Shown here piece after piece: positions 34,988-48,260 of a stretch of 64,000 bases of DNA. The position numbers and the translations under genes were made by a program. Source of the DNA: Marsupella aquatica (Eukaryota; Plantae; Marchantiophyta); NCBI GenBank assembly GCA_973895155.1, contig OZ316896.1, positions 21,637,150 to 21,701,149 of the forward strand. The letters run 5' to 3'. The notes beneath the pieces are model-generated. The model was not told the origin of the DNA, did not search any database, and worked only from the letters and a program-made list of their open reading frames with translations. How positions within the stretch are numbered: position 1 is the first letter of the stretch; every line of letters begins with the position of its first letter.

Positions 34988-35058
34988 GGGCCTGTAGCTC
35001 AGTGGTAGAGCACTACGATATACACGGGAGGTCCTAGGTTCAATTCCTAGCCGGTCCA
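34988..35058 (+). ncRNA. tRNA-derived Pol III module in the TRIM 5' LTR (pseudo-tRNA)
   Basis: A box TAGCTCAGTGGTAGAGC, B box GGTTCAATTCC. D and T stems perfect, acceptor stem nearly paired, anticodon arm degenerate. Confidence 0.8.
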
Positions 35059-35182
35059 TGCTGTTGAAAGTTCCAACATGGTATCAGAGCCAAAGAAAAG
35101 GAATTTCCCTTGTAGCGAGTGTGGCTCAAGGGTGGGTGTTGGAAATGAACCACACTCGAACGAAGATGGATACAGCCACAAA

Positions 35183-35253
35183 GGGCCTGTAGCTCAGTGG
35201 TAGAGCACTACGATATACACGGGAGGTCCTAGGTTCAATTCCTAGCTGGTCCA
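35183..35253 (+). ncRNA. tRNA-derived Pol III module in the TRIM 3' LTR (pseudo-tRNA)
   Basis: Same as 34988-35058 except one C>T. Confidence 0.8.
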
Positions 35254-37156
35254 TGCTGTTGAAAGTTCCAACATCTAATTGATTATTTCGTTACATAGAA
35301 GTATGGCCCATGCCTCATATCTACTTGAATTTTAGTTTTCTTTGCAGGCTTCCTTTTTCCTTCCTCGGTCCTGGAAAGTTTGGGATATGATGGCATTGTG
35401 GTACCATGATGGTGAGATTATATACGCAGCTTCATAATGATGTGAGCTTGTAGTGCTGGTCAGTTTATTAGTAGACGAAGCGATTGTACCCCCAATATAG
35501 AAGATCGAATCACCAACAGATAGTCTTTCATAGTTCCACCCGTCTCGAGCTTAAATTTTTACCCCTCCAGCAAATCAGCTGAGAAACCCTTTAAGACCTC
35601 CATAAACTGCTTTGACCCCAGTAGCTCCCCCTTGACAGACGCCAAGCTTCACAGCTTGCTAATGAAGTTTTCAGAAACGTTGTCTTTCTACTGTAGATCT
35701 CGCTGTAGACTCGACTGAGGCTCAAGCTCATCTCGAATGCACATTACACCAACCTCATTCCTGAGTTCCTTTAAGAAACAGGTCCATGGTCGCCTTAAAC
35801 TAAAAGGCTAAACAGTTTTACTGACGGGACCGCCGCTATGCCCATGCCATCGCGGAGATTAGGACAAGAACTTGAAACAGTGGGAGTGGAAGATTTTGGT
35901 CGACGATGGAAAATAACTTTCCCCTCGTTTTTAGCCCTTGCACGCATATTCGATTCGACTAATGAGGGGGGCATTGTTCCAGATGAGACCAACATTGCAA
36001 ATCATACAGTCATCCGATCATACACAAATAAATGATCCTGCTAAGTGGAGAACAATACCCGAAAGTTTTGGTGGGCTTGCTGACGACTTTGGTGTATCAT
36101 TGTCTCCCATTTTGTCCTTCGCTAATTAGAAACAAATTCAAGCAGTGAATGTTTGTGATCCATCTTAATGGAGCGGAAAAAGGACACACTATTATTACAC
36201 ACATCAATCCATTAAGGTAAAATTGTGTACAGATTGACACCATTCTTATAAACTTTACGATAGAAGTTAACTGATCCTCAATGCATGAGGTGAGCACCAG
36301 GAAGGGAGCGCACATAAATACAAGGCTAGGATGCAACACTGGCAAGAATCAATCAATACTCTTAAGAGAGATCAATGGAGATCGACAGACAAGAGAACAA
36401 CGTACAGCTAACGAACTAAGTAAACGTAGTGAGTGCAGGAAGAGAGTGCTCCCGTAAGTCCCGCAGGGAGTGGTGCAAATCTCAAGATAGTACACAATCA
36501 TGCATGAAAGATACTTGTAGCGCTATACACGGGGAAATTTCCTGAATTCCAACAGTTCTGTCTCCTTTACTTGAGTAATTTCACGTTCTCCAGAAGAGAG
36601 ACGTAAATGTTCTCGATGTGAATGTTCTCGATCCATTCTGCGGTGGAGGGATAGATGAACCCTAAGTCCTCTTATCAAACCAGGCCAACGAGACATTTTA
36701 ATTTCAAGAACAGAAGCTGCTAAACGGAAATCAAATCAAAGAACTCTTGAAGAAATGACACGTGGTGAGTGCTCAGATATACACACGCGGCAATTTTACA
36801 TAAGTAAAACTCTAGAAACTTAGGAAAGATAGCAGTCAATCAGAGAGAAAAGACAGGGCATTCAGTCACTGACAATGGTGGGATAGCAAATCATGAAAGA
36901 TAGAAAAACATTGGAGGAATTGGAATTGGCAAAGGAGCTCGTCCATCTTACATGTTATCAGAAGAACTATCTGAGTGAACAGTACACAAGATGTACTTCA
37001 TAAATCATTCCTCTGTGGTAACTAGAAGCGGAAAACAAGATATTCACTACACGAATTAAAATTATATGTAAGACTTCCTTCCCGTACTTCGATATGAAAG
37101 TGGCCGGAGAAAGAAGTCGCACATTTCACAGCTGCTGGTCCACAATTCCTTAATGA

Positions 37157-37969
37157 TCATCTCTCACGCTTCATTTCCACCTTCAGGTCTGTGACTCGAA
37201 CTGAAACGTCGGGGTCGTGCTTGGATGCCATGCGGGAACAAACGTGAGTGTCACAGACTTCTGGTGAGTAATACCTAACGGACGCAATCGCTGATGCTAG
37301 CCAAAGACATTCGGCATTGACTTTCACGTGACCAAGAAACTCTACACAATGCTGACTTGCTGAGGGATGTTCTCGTCTGCTTCCGGAGCTCCAAGAACAC
37401 CTAGAAGAGCACACTGACATCAAAGCGCTTTTCCACGAATAATCTAATCACCAACAACTCAGCATACACTAACGAATCCTCTGTGCTTCTGAGCACCTCG
37501 GGCCCGGACACTCGCGAAGTTTATTCTCACTCCTAGAGAAAATTTTACCCCATAATTCTTTCCTTTCTGCAAAAAACCTACACGAAACATGGCAATATTT
37601 CTGGCGTGGGTGGACTTGGGATATGTTTCCCGAATTGATTTTGGTGTATTTCACCCAGTCAGGTTCCAGATGCTCGGACGTGACCCTGACATTTCAATCG
37701 TCTCGAACGTTGACACGCACCGTGTCCGCGATCTCATCATAGAAGAGGTACAGCTGAGCATCAAGCCGGTCCGTGTCGTCGAAGTCCTTCCCGCCCCAGT
37801 TCTTCCGCATCAAGCACCACCGGTCTACTTGGGATTGGTGCCCAAAGAACAAAGGATCCCGTGCTGCTCAGTGAGGAGGGCCCAGATCCTCCCTACATAA
37901 ATTGGCATAATCGCCAGTCCACAAGTGGACAGCAGCATGCGGCCCATATTCAAAATTCCGTGCATGAGA
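37157..37969 (-). pseudogene. Polyphenol oxidase pseudogene (CuB to C-terminus, many deletions)
   Basis: Clear nucleotide similarity to 60965-61865; same C-terminus KHDPDVSVRVTDLKVEM(K/R)RER. Confidence 0.9.
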
Positions 37970-38077
37970 AAACCTTTTACTTCACAAGTTCACATTGATT
38001 CACATCATTCATTTTTCACTGTGCTCTGCATTTTTTATGACAGAAACCATAATCTAGACACTTTTAAAGGACCGAAC

Positions 38078-38364
38078 ACTTGCCTGGATAATACCGCATT
38101 AGAAGTGAGTAGGCCCACGGCTCGGGCAGGAAACTACAGGCGAATAAATGAGTGTAACAGTGCTGCTAAGACTAGTCTCTCTGAACTTAAAAAACGTGGG
38201 CAAAATGCTTGTCACGGTCACTTGCCTGGATAATACCGCATTACAAGTTAGTAGGCCCATTCCTCGGGCAGGAAACTACAGGCGATAATGAATGAGTGTA
38301 ACAGTGCTTCTAAGACTAGTCTCTCTGAACTAAAAAAAACGTGGGCAAAATGCTTGTCACGGTC
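38078..38364. repeat. ~141-bp tandem duplication; region also homologous to ~51150-51560
   Basis: cacttgcctggataataccgcatt..tgcttgtcacggtca occurs twice. Confidence 0.8.
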
Positions 38365-39180
38365 AAACCGAACCACTGGAGAAACACGTGGTCCTTCAAT
38401 CACCTGGATCGATTAATTGGTCTATGTCGGGATACAGCATGTCTGTCCACGGGGAGGAGCGACGTGGATGTCTCGAACCTTATACCCCACCCCACGGAGC
38501 TGAGCTGATCCTCCCACAGGACTTACGGGGACACAACTTTCATTGTGCTTGCATTTCCAGTCATGTGGACACAAGTATCACTGTGCTTGCTTTTCCAGTA
38601 TCGAGGCCCATTCTCTGTTGCTGTAGATGACGCTCGTGAGTCAAGAGATCCCTCTACTCTACTGTCACTTCACGTGTTTTTGTTTGAAAGCTGTGTAGAG
38701 TGTTGTGATTCTACAGAACAAACAACAAAGGATGTGCAAGAACGAAAACGGTGCGCACGACAAGAGCTAGGAAAAGCAGGAATTCTGTAATTCTGTATTC
38801 TGCAGATGAACTGCATAACTCCACAAAGGGGAAAGATAAAGGCCATGAACAGCCCTGCGACCAGGAGACACACAGCCAGGGCGCGGCAGAGATTCAAACC
38901 AAACAAGGCGCGTCGCCCTTGCTTCTCATTGTGGCAAGTGGCAAGTTGCACTTGGTGGAGTGCGAACGAAAAGCAAAAAGTGAAAACGTAACTAGAGCTA
39001 AAATCTGATGTAAGAGTAAAACATATCTCCCTAGATAGAAAGAGATCGACGATCAGGGATCAGACTAAAGAACCGGTCGAGCAGAGAAGAGAACAGGGCA
39101 TTCCCTATCACAAGTGTTGCACTTTCACAGTTCTTTGAGGTAGTTCACCAGTCCACGATGATCCTACTAGGGAGACTCCC

Positions 39181-39381
39181 AGCTTGGCCTTAACTAGATA
39201 AGGCTTTCCCATAACTTGGCCTTAATTAGATAAGGCTTTCCCATAACTCAAGTATTGGCGTACAGGATAAGGTCTTCCCATAACTCAAGTATTGGCGTGA
39301 ACCAGATAAGGCCTTCCCCATAACTCAAGTATTATGGGAACTCCCGGCCTTCCCCATAACTCAAGTATTATGGGAACTCCC
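39181..39381. repeat. Degenerate ~30-40-bp tandem repeat
   Basis: Repeated gataagg(c/t)(t/c)ttcccataact(caagtatt) units. Confidence 0.75.
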
Positions 39382-40689
39382 GTAAAAGTTATGGAAGCCA
39401 ATCTTAGATTACCATAATGAATCTCTAAGGTTACTGGATTTGGTTACTATAGCCAGTAAACACTATTTCTGAAAAGTTTAGTAGCACTCATGGTCAATAC
39501 CCAGTAATTAACAACATTAGTTTTTCAGTTTTCACTAGTCATTCTGGTTTGCACAAAAAGATAAAACACTAACAGGATGTATATTCTTTTTTAATGTAAA
39601 TAGAAACATTCACATGGTGGGCCTTAGAGTTACCAGCTACAGGCTTCACTCTAGAAGCCTAGACCCCAACATCTCTAGCTTGGGGTTCACGCTTTAAAAG
39701 TAAGATGGGCGCCACACCCTATAGTTTGACATCTCATCAACGGTAGGCTGGAAAGATAGGTGTGAGATTTCTTAAAATGAGAACTAAGTATATTAAATTC
39801 CAAACAAGACAGTGTAAAACATTGTTAGGAGGCAACATACCCCCCCAAATTAATGTTATCTACTGACATTGGCAGTCTGGAAGCCAGTTAAAAAAAGAGT
39901 GCAATCAAGCATCACCTACCAAGTTGCCATTAAGGTGATGTCCAACTTTTGAGTCCAAGGGATAAACTGCCAGTGTAGCTGTTGTAACCTGGTTTGGGGT
40001 CTCTAATCTCAAAAGTTGATAACATTTACAGACATTCAAGCTGAGGGATCATTTTCAAAAAAGTGACATATCACATACAACAAAGTATATGGTCAATCTA
40101 ATCTTTTGAGAAAGACTTAATGTATCTTAAGCTCTTACTGGAAATTTGGGATTTCTAATTGAAATATACTAATTATGTGTCGTGATATGATTGGATTGGT
40201 GTTGTACAACTAAGTGATTAAAGGGGGTCATAAATAACTAATGCAAAATGCAAAGTGTGGCAAGTGATGGAAGTCCCTCATTATCAATTAAGAAACATTT
40301 AATAATCTTCAATAACATACAATAAATAGTCTTTTTCAAAGTTTCTTATAAAAGAAAGTTAGTAGCTATGTCAATAAATAGTATTTTTCCCTACATTGCA
40401 TGATATCTATGGCGAATCCACCTGACCTGCTCATGAATGCTATATTCATAGGTAGTTATTTCATTTTGAATTTGCTTTAGGGTACTAGTCCATGCTTTGT
40501 AGTTCCTAACTTTTTGAATATAAACAAACCCCCTCAAAATATTTCCTACCCTCTCCTTCTTCTATATGAATTAATATGTTAAGTTCCCTCAACTCAGTGC
40601 CAATGACTTGCCTTTTCCTCATTGAGGGGCTCTGTCTTCTACAAGCTTGGAACCCTCTACCTTCACTCCCCAATCTACTCCTTCAATAG

Positions 40690-41080
40690 TTGGACTGAGC
40701 ACTAATGCTTACAAAATTTCAACTTACAAGATTACAAATTAGAAAGTAATCATTTCTTCTGAAGAATATCCAAACCTTTTTCACTCATATGGCCCAAACG
40801 AAAGTGCCACAGCCGGGCCGTCTCCTCATGAGATAAGGTTACATTGGCTTCATCACAGACTACACTGCCCTCCAAAACGTATAGATTGTTATGTCTCTTT
40901 CCCTTCAATACAACTTTAGTACCAGTTGAAACCTAAAGAACACCATTAGCAGAACTCCACTGATGGCCATTTGCTTCTAAAACTCCAAGTGAAATGAGAT
41001 TTTTCATCATATTGGGAATATGTATCACATTCCTCAACGTTCTTACTGCATCATAAAACATCTGAAATCTAACATTTTGC
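40690..41080 (-). pseudogene. Old Copia (Tnt1/Tork-like) protease-end to GAG-pre-integrase fragment
   Basis: RTLRNVIHIPNMMKNLISLGVLE..NLYVLEG..RLWHFRLGHMSEKGL..FCKH with internal stops; no LTRs found. Confidence 0.75.
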
Positions 41081-44000
41081 GACTGGGCCCTGCTGCCGGT
41101 CGCAAACTCCTCCCCCGCCCCTTTTTTCGCATTTACGCCCGTATTCGCCCGTGCGTATCCCGGCCACACTTGCGCATACCCAGTATCTTGCCTGGCCCGC
41201 CTCGTTTTTAAGGCGTATATTTTGTTAAGGGGCTTTAGCACCCCCTTTAGGGCGCTTTTAATACATTTTTCCCTCCCTCTTGTTTTACTTGGTGCCGGGA
41301 CTTGCCGCCCTCCATTTTAATCGCTCCAACAGGGGGAACGGCCCCCTGTGAGACCTGTCGGACTGTGCGGGAATATTCCCAAAAAACAGAGAGCTATTTT
41401 CGGCCGTCCGACAAAGATTCCGTCCGCCGAACGGTAATCTTTTTGATTCTTTTTCAGTGAGGACATTGCCACTGGAGTTAGCAATGCGGCGCACCGATCA
41501 CATCGCGATTCCGATGACGGGTTGTATTGGGTATTTCGGTTATTCTCCGAGGTGGTCAAAACGGGGGAGTTTCCCAAGGTTTTACCCACCCCGATCAAAA
41601 TTTGAATAACTTTTCCGTCAAATTTTGATTTTAATTTTGGCTTTCAGTATTGGACTCCTAGTTTCGTGGGCTATGGGGTGGTGTTGAGTTTTGAGTTTTA
41701 TGAGAAGTTTTGAAAAAAGATGTTTTTTCGTGATTGTTTCATATGAGTGACTCGGAGGATACTGGAAGAATTGGCGTCGATAGAGCTTTAGGATCGCGAC
41801 GGTCAGACGGAGAGTCTGAGGAAGAGCTGCTACCGTTTGAGGAGGAACTAGTGACACCGGTAAGATCACCGGTGCGGCGTGCAGTGGAGGAAGTTGTACT
41901 ACTACCAGAGCTAGTACGTGGTTCACCTTCACATTAGGCTACGTCCACGGGAACACACAAGAGCTTCACTGCACTCTAGGCCGACCGGCCATACCAAGTA
42001 TCCACAGCACAAGCTCTCCCTATCTCTCAACTAGCTCCGTAACAATGAGCCTAAGTTCCACCAAGGTCTGACATCAACCCTGACTATATGCACAACAACA
42101 CTACCGCTAACATTAGCTAAGTCCTAACCCGAGTTAGCCTAACTGTAGTTAACTCATGAATCACAAGACTCGAACAATATCTAACTGACTAAAGTGTATT
42201 TTCTAAGTTAATTTAAATTTCTATGAGTGCCTCTAGGCTAAACAAGTCATCGGTGTAATAAGTATGATTGTAACTCATTATTGTCATAAGTACTATTGTA
42301 CCTCATTAGATCCCTACCAGAATGTACCATCAGTCCCTGACATTCTCTTGCAACCCCCAAATTTTCTTTATTCTAACATTTGTCACTATTCACGTAGAGG
42401 TTTTGTTTTAAATCCTGCAACATTTAAAATTTGTCAATAAGATACAATAAATACTATTCTTAAAAATATTCCAATAAAACAAAATAGCTATGTCATAGAA
42501 TGGGCCAGCTATACTATATCTGAAATGTTGATTTAGTCGTTCATTAGGTGCCAGTAAAAATTAGATCTGCGCAAATCAAGTTACAACTACAATAGTATAT
42601 GTTGGTGGTAAAGTCAGCAATAAGGATAAGGTCCCTATGGCTTCATTCTACTGTGCACAATTCCACAATAATTGCTCTGGGATTATATCAGGTAGTGTGG
42701 GACCTTGGCTATCCATAGCCCTGGTTCCTGAAGGAGTACATCATCCATAGTTGGCTAACTGGACTTGTAGTTTTTGTTGTCTCCTAGGGGGGCTTTACGA
42801 GTTTTGGCTTTGAGATTTCATCACAACCATTCATACAAGTGGGGGTTCCACTTTGACTTTACATGAAATTGAGAGCTGTACATCCAAGAAAGTTCCCAAG
42901 GTAGTGAGATCCACAAAAGCTTGCATGTGTAAGTAAGCACCTCCTCTTTGGCCTTGAAGGCCAAAAGTAGACCCATCCAAAGGAGGATCATAGACTTTTG
43001 GAGTATGGAGACACTCAATTAGTGAACCCCTTGGAGCAAGTTTCTATCCCAACTGACCATAAGTTTTAGATTCTCTCCCAATTGAACTGTGGACCCACTC
43101 AGTATAGTCATGTTCTTGTGCTATGCTCTACTACACGGTTGGCATGCGATTAACCGAGCATCATATTGCCAAGGCTAGTCCTATGCACTTCCTGTGGAGG
43201 GTAATTGTGCAGGAAGGATTTGACGTGCATCGGAGCATGCAAGCATCATAGCACCTCCCCCCTTTCCTTCTTGTGTGCATACATTGCGCACTGCCAATAA
43301 CTGTTTTGACACTAACTAAGGTTGTAATTGTTTCCGTTGACTCAGTGGACACACAATGATACTAGACAATCTTGAGTTCTACAATGGAGTTCTTGAATGT
43401 GTTATAAGGACAGAAAATTGTGGTTGAGGAGTTTTGACATGAAACAATACTTTGGGTGTGTCAGGAGGTCCATCTGCCATTAGGAGAGAAATGAAACGTT
43501 TTGTTCCATATGGAGCTGAGAAACCCTCTCCAGGAGGTCCAATAAGGAAATTTCTCATGTAAAGTGTGCTGTAGTTCTGGCCAAAGTTTAGACCACCACT
43601 GAGGTGATTTTTTGATTGTGTAATCATACACTACGCTATATGACTACACCAATTCGTGTTATTCACACTAATTGCGTAGCTCATTGGGTTACACATGAAG
43701 TATGAGTCACATTAATTTTGGTGTCATTCGAATTTGGTGCTCAGTCACATTGTCAGTCACACTAATTTTTGTACTCAGCGAGTAAGCTTGAGTAAAACGT
43801 GTGACAACATTCTCAAGCCAAGTAGCTTCATTGCAACTGCGTTTCTATGCAGCACAGAGGCATTGTTGCACCAACTACTTTGTGGGGGTGCTTGCATGGA
43901 CAATACCCGTGCAACGCATTATTAGACATCGGCTCCTGTGTTTAAATATTGGCTCCTCTGTCAGTTCATAATAGGTTAAAATAGTAAAGGGATGAGATTA

Positions 44001-44871
44001 AAATATGTAAATCTAGTAAAAGTAGCGCTGAAACCTTTAGGACATATTTCAAGCCATAACAATCATGGTGTCCTTGATCTGTCATCAATATTACATTCGG
44101 AGTCCTCATCTGTGCATCCAATTTATTAAACAGCTTTTAATACATAGTCACTAAAGATTTGGCTTATTACAATACTGCCACTGACTGTTCTTACAGAATT
44201 TATAATACTACCATTGTTTCCATGTTCCTGTGTTCTTATAGAATTTATAAAATACTGCCACTGTTTCCTTATTCTATACTGAGAGAGCAAAGTTAACCAT
44301 GGGTCAACTGCAGTCCTCTGGTGGACAAGATTATTAAAACAAGATTATTCAAACGAGCAACTGTGAGTGCGAGGGCGAGGTGAAAGTGGAGGACAGTGGT
44401 AGTTCGCATTGTTTGTGTATTATCGACTTCATCGCAATGTGAATTATCTCGACTTAGTTTTCATTTGATGACTTTGCAATGTTCGTAGGTGAGCCATGTG
44501 CCTCGAAGAATTGATCTGAAAACTTTTCATTGTAGTAGAACAAATGCTTACATTTGATTTAAAGGAAGGGAAGCTAAGAAGGGAGATCGTGGGCAATGTA
44601 TGTTAGTTTGGAGCAGATCTTTCTCAGACACCCGTGTGAACATCCAATTCGTATACAATCCCATGTATCAATATAATTCGTATACAATCTTATGTTCTGA
44701 ATCAATCAAGAGTGAGAAGCAGCCAGCAGAGCGGGCAGGCTAGCCCCGACCAGGTTACCACTGTATTGAAGCACAACACTAAGTTTCCTCCCAAAGAATT
44801 ACGGGAAGATCCAACATGAAGTAATCACCGATTGAATCCAGGCTTCGTTACCAATCTCGTTACAATGATCG

Positions 44872-45034
44872 ACGAGCATAAATTATATCATTTCTACTGA
44901 TGTGATTGATTGTTCAGCTAGCACTTTGCAGCGAGCCAGTAGAGTGACCCACCGAGCATAAATTACTGATATAATTTATTCTGATGTAGTTGATTGTTCA
45001 GCTAGCACTTTGCAGCGAGCTAGTAGAGTGACCC
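44872..45034. repeat. ~80-bp tandem duplication in the ANK-PGG copy 2 promoter
   Basis: cgagcataaatta..ttgattgttcagctagcactttgcagcgagc(c/t)agtagagtgaccc occurs twice. Confidence 0.8.
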
Positions 45035-45498
45035 TTCAAAATTCAGAACAGGTACACTGCTGGGGCCAGCAGTGGGAACCTGCTTGATGATGCCATATCG
45101 GCTCACCTTGCATACCAGGCATCACCTGTAGAGTACTTGCAGAAGGAATGACTCGGGGAGAAAGTATCCTGAGAGGACTGTACAGCCATTGACGACTTTT
45201 TGGAGGGGCATAGAATAACTATGGGAATTGAAACACTTGAGCCAATTATCACTCTGACTGCACGGTAAGACAGTTGTCATTACACTTTCATCGGAGTCTG
45301 AATCAGCAAACTCGTCCTTGTGAGTTTCTCTTGGTCCCATCACTCGAATCTCAATGATATAAAGTCGTCCGTGGAATCATTGAGAGAACCAGTTCCTCCA
45401 TCCCAGGTCAGTTCTGTACTCGATCTTGCGATCAGCAGAGGTCTGCATCGTTACTCTGGATCATTCTGAGAGATACGCTTAGAGAGGGCCTTCATCAC

Positions 45499-48260
45499 AT
45501 GGCGACCAACGTGTCCCCGGACACTCGAATGGCGACTAACGTGTCTTCAAACGACTTTATGCTGGACTGGTTCAATGTACTCTACGGCGGAAATTTTCTG
45601 CAGATGCAGCAATCCCTGGAAAAACGTGAGAGTCTCTGGAAACACGGCACGAAAAGAGACCCTACAAAGAGAGTCGAGCGGAAAGTCAAGCGGACAGTCA
45701 AGCACGGTACTGTCGATGTCCGGGAGACATCTACATGGGAAGGGTCCAGTGCACTCATTGAGGCAGCAAGATTTGGGTTTGTAGATATTGTCAAGAAATG
45801 GCTTGAAATCCGCAAAGTATCCCCGATCAGCAGTAGTGAGACGGATGAGAAGAATGCGGGTAAGATCGGTGGCCAAAACCCAACTCCCAAAGATGATGTA
45901 CGCGATGTGCTGCTTGCGACGAACGGCTGGTGGAAAGTGGACGCATTTACAATCGCAGTAGTTTGCGGCAGTAACGAGGTCCTGGGTCTTCTCGTTGACG
46001 CTTTAAGAGAACGTAAGGAGCCACCTCCCATCTGGATCGATGAGACGAAGAGTCAACTGCAAGGGTCGCTCAACCCGAGGACGGTGAGTCAACTGCAAGA
46101 TTCGGCCGATAGCGGAAATAGTGACCGGCAAAGAGCGGGACTAAGAGAAGCAACAAACGAAGTCTTCGCTTACCCTAAATGCAAGGAGTGCGAGGAAAAG
46201 TACAGAATCGACCCATATTTCAGTTCCCTCCCCATAGAGGAATACTTCTTTCACTTTCTGTGTCAACAACCAAAAAATAACGATTTTAGGCCCGCCAGGT
46301 TGGCCCTGCGGAAGAAGCTGGGGTCTGAGGATTGTTGGGACTTCGTTTTGAATCTTGAAGATAGGCAGGGAAGACCTCCGCTCCATGCTGCAATATGGAG
46401 TGACACAATTGACGCCTTCCTTGACCTTATACAGGCGGAGAGTGACGATGTCACAATATCCCGCATGATAATCGCCATCAAAACACCTGACGGAGCTGGA
46501 AGGTCTCCTATACACGTGGCCGCCGGTCTAGGTAGAAGCTCTGCACTTAAAGCGCTTCTTGAGTATCCCGAACAAGCTGTCATAGATGCGGTTTCTGAAA
46601 GCTGTAACCAGAGTTGGACGTACCAGGAGCCGCACTTTTCAGGCGGTAAGATCCCCATTGACATCAATCAGTTGTCCGAAGAACTGGGCTTCGGGGATCA
46701 CCATTACCCTTACAGTGCCGTCCATGCAGCACTGCTCGAGGGACACTCTGAATGTGCGAAGCTTTTGATTGAAAGATTTCCCGAGATAGATTGGGGAACA
46801 TACAGGTATAGCAAAAAGAAGAAGGGTGAGGAGAAGGTTGATGTTATTGTTGAGTTGGACACGATGCAGCTTGCGTGTCTAGTCGGAGCAGACGCTCCGG
46901 TCATACGGTTGCTGCTGGTACGTACAAATTTGTCAATGGGTGTCCGGAAGTCCTCAACGCAATGTAGAGTGTTTAAGACGAGTAATTATTTTTTCAATTA
47001 TAGCTTTGTATCCTCAAGTTGTATATAGATTATGTAGCCTTTTACGAGCCAATATTCCGACCACTACACCGCACACCTTCGTTGGCCAATTGGCTGGTCT
47101 CAGGTCATTTCAAACCATGCATCTATCTTGACGCTACAGTTTATTGACGTTCCTACTATAACTGGATATTGTGTGATCTGTGGCAGGATGCTGGCGGGGA
47201 TGGTGATTATCTAAGCAAACAAGAGGACCCTACAATTGCACCAAACCTTCACAAACATGCATGGCATGCAGTCCATATTGCGGCGGCATCAGGGAAGTAT
47301 GCGAATTTGCAATTGTTGTTAAAGGATGAAGAACTTGTCAAAGTTGAAGACTATCAAGGAAACAGTCCACTTCATCATGCTTTAAGAGTGCACGAGTATG
47401 GATTTCAAACTCACTTGGTAGATCATTTCAAGTTAGAACGCGTTCGTGACGAGATGCTTTCACATACTGCGGCTCACAAGGCCAAGGAGCTGCAGGATAT
47501 GGCCGCGGATACTAAAAGAAGGAAAGAGTGTATAGATCTTTTGTTGCAACGTGGATGTGATATTTTTGCGGAAAATCACTCCAAGAATGTTCCTTATCCT
47601 GGACAAGTCTTGGAGCACAACGGAAAACTCATGTCCTGGTGGTCTGGTTATCAAACCAAAGCGTTGCAAGCGTCCGCAAATGATTGCGTCAATGCTGCAA
47701 ATGCAATATCTGTCACTGCAGCATTGGTGGCAACAACGTCATACGTGGGGCCATTACAACCTCCTTTGAGTTACGGAGATCAGGGGATCCATGAAAACAA
47801 TGTGTGGGTCATTATTTTCATGGTGTGCGACACATTGTCATTCTATTTGGCCATCGCTGCAATCACAATTTCTTTGATTCCATCCCTTCCAGCGGGATGG
47901 CAACTTCTACAGCGAAAGCCATATACAGGTCAAGATATGGTGACACTATCTGTGATCATTCTATACCCAGCGATAGTTTTGCTATTTATAGCATTTGCTT
48001 GTAGTTCTCTTTCAGTGGCAAGTGCCAACGTCACGTCAACAGTTGCTGGACAGTTGACAATTGCTACAACTTGCGTCGGAGGACTTATATGTCTTCTAGC
48101 GTTCATTCTGTTCACCATAAGACTCTTGGTATTTATTCTTCCTAGGGATCACGATGAGACGGATTTCCTTTCAACCTTGGACAAATGCACGAAATTTTCT
48201 CTTTCTCTTTCGGGAACGAAATCTAGATTAAAAGCTAAATTAAAATCTAAATCTCAATAA
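45499..48260 (+). CDS. Ankyrin-repeat + PGG-domain transmembrane protein, copy 2; join(45499..46917,47187..48260), ~830 aa
   Basis: Paralog of copy 1. Phase-0 GT..AG intron 46918-47186. YVGPLQPPLSY followed by TM helices. Reading frame intact. Confidence 0.9.

Larger units (their letters stand above)
34942..35273 (+). mobile_element. TRIM (non-autonomous mini LTR retrotransposon) with tRNA-derived LTRs
   Basis: 137-bp LTRs 34942-35078 and 35137-35273 (TGTTGGAA..TTCCAACA, 1 mismatch). PBS TGGTATCAGAGCCA 35079-35092. PPT AAGGGTGGG. TSD TCTAA (34937-34941 / 35274-35278). Confidence 0.95.

Noticed and set aside
34988-35253. Two functional tRNA genes
   Set aside because: The anticodon arm does not pair, and both copies are integral parts of TRIM LTRs with PBS, PPT and TSD.
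42500-43650. Degenerate transposase or zinc-finger fragments
   Set aside because: Short broken frames with no motif I can assign confidently.
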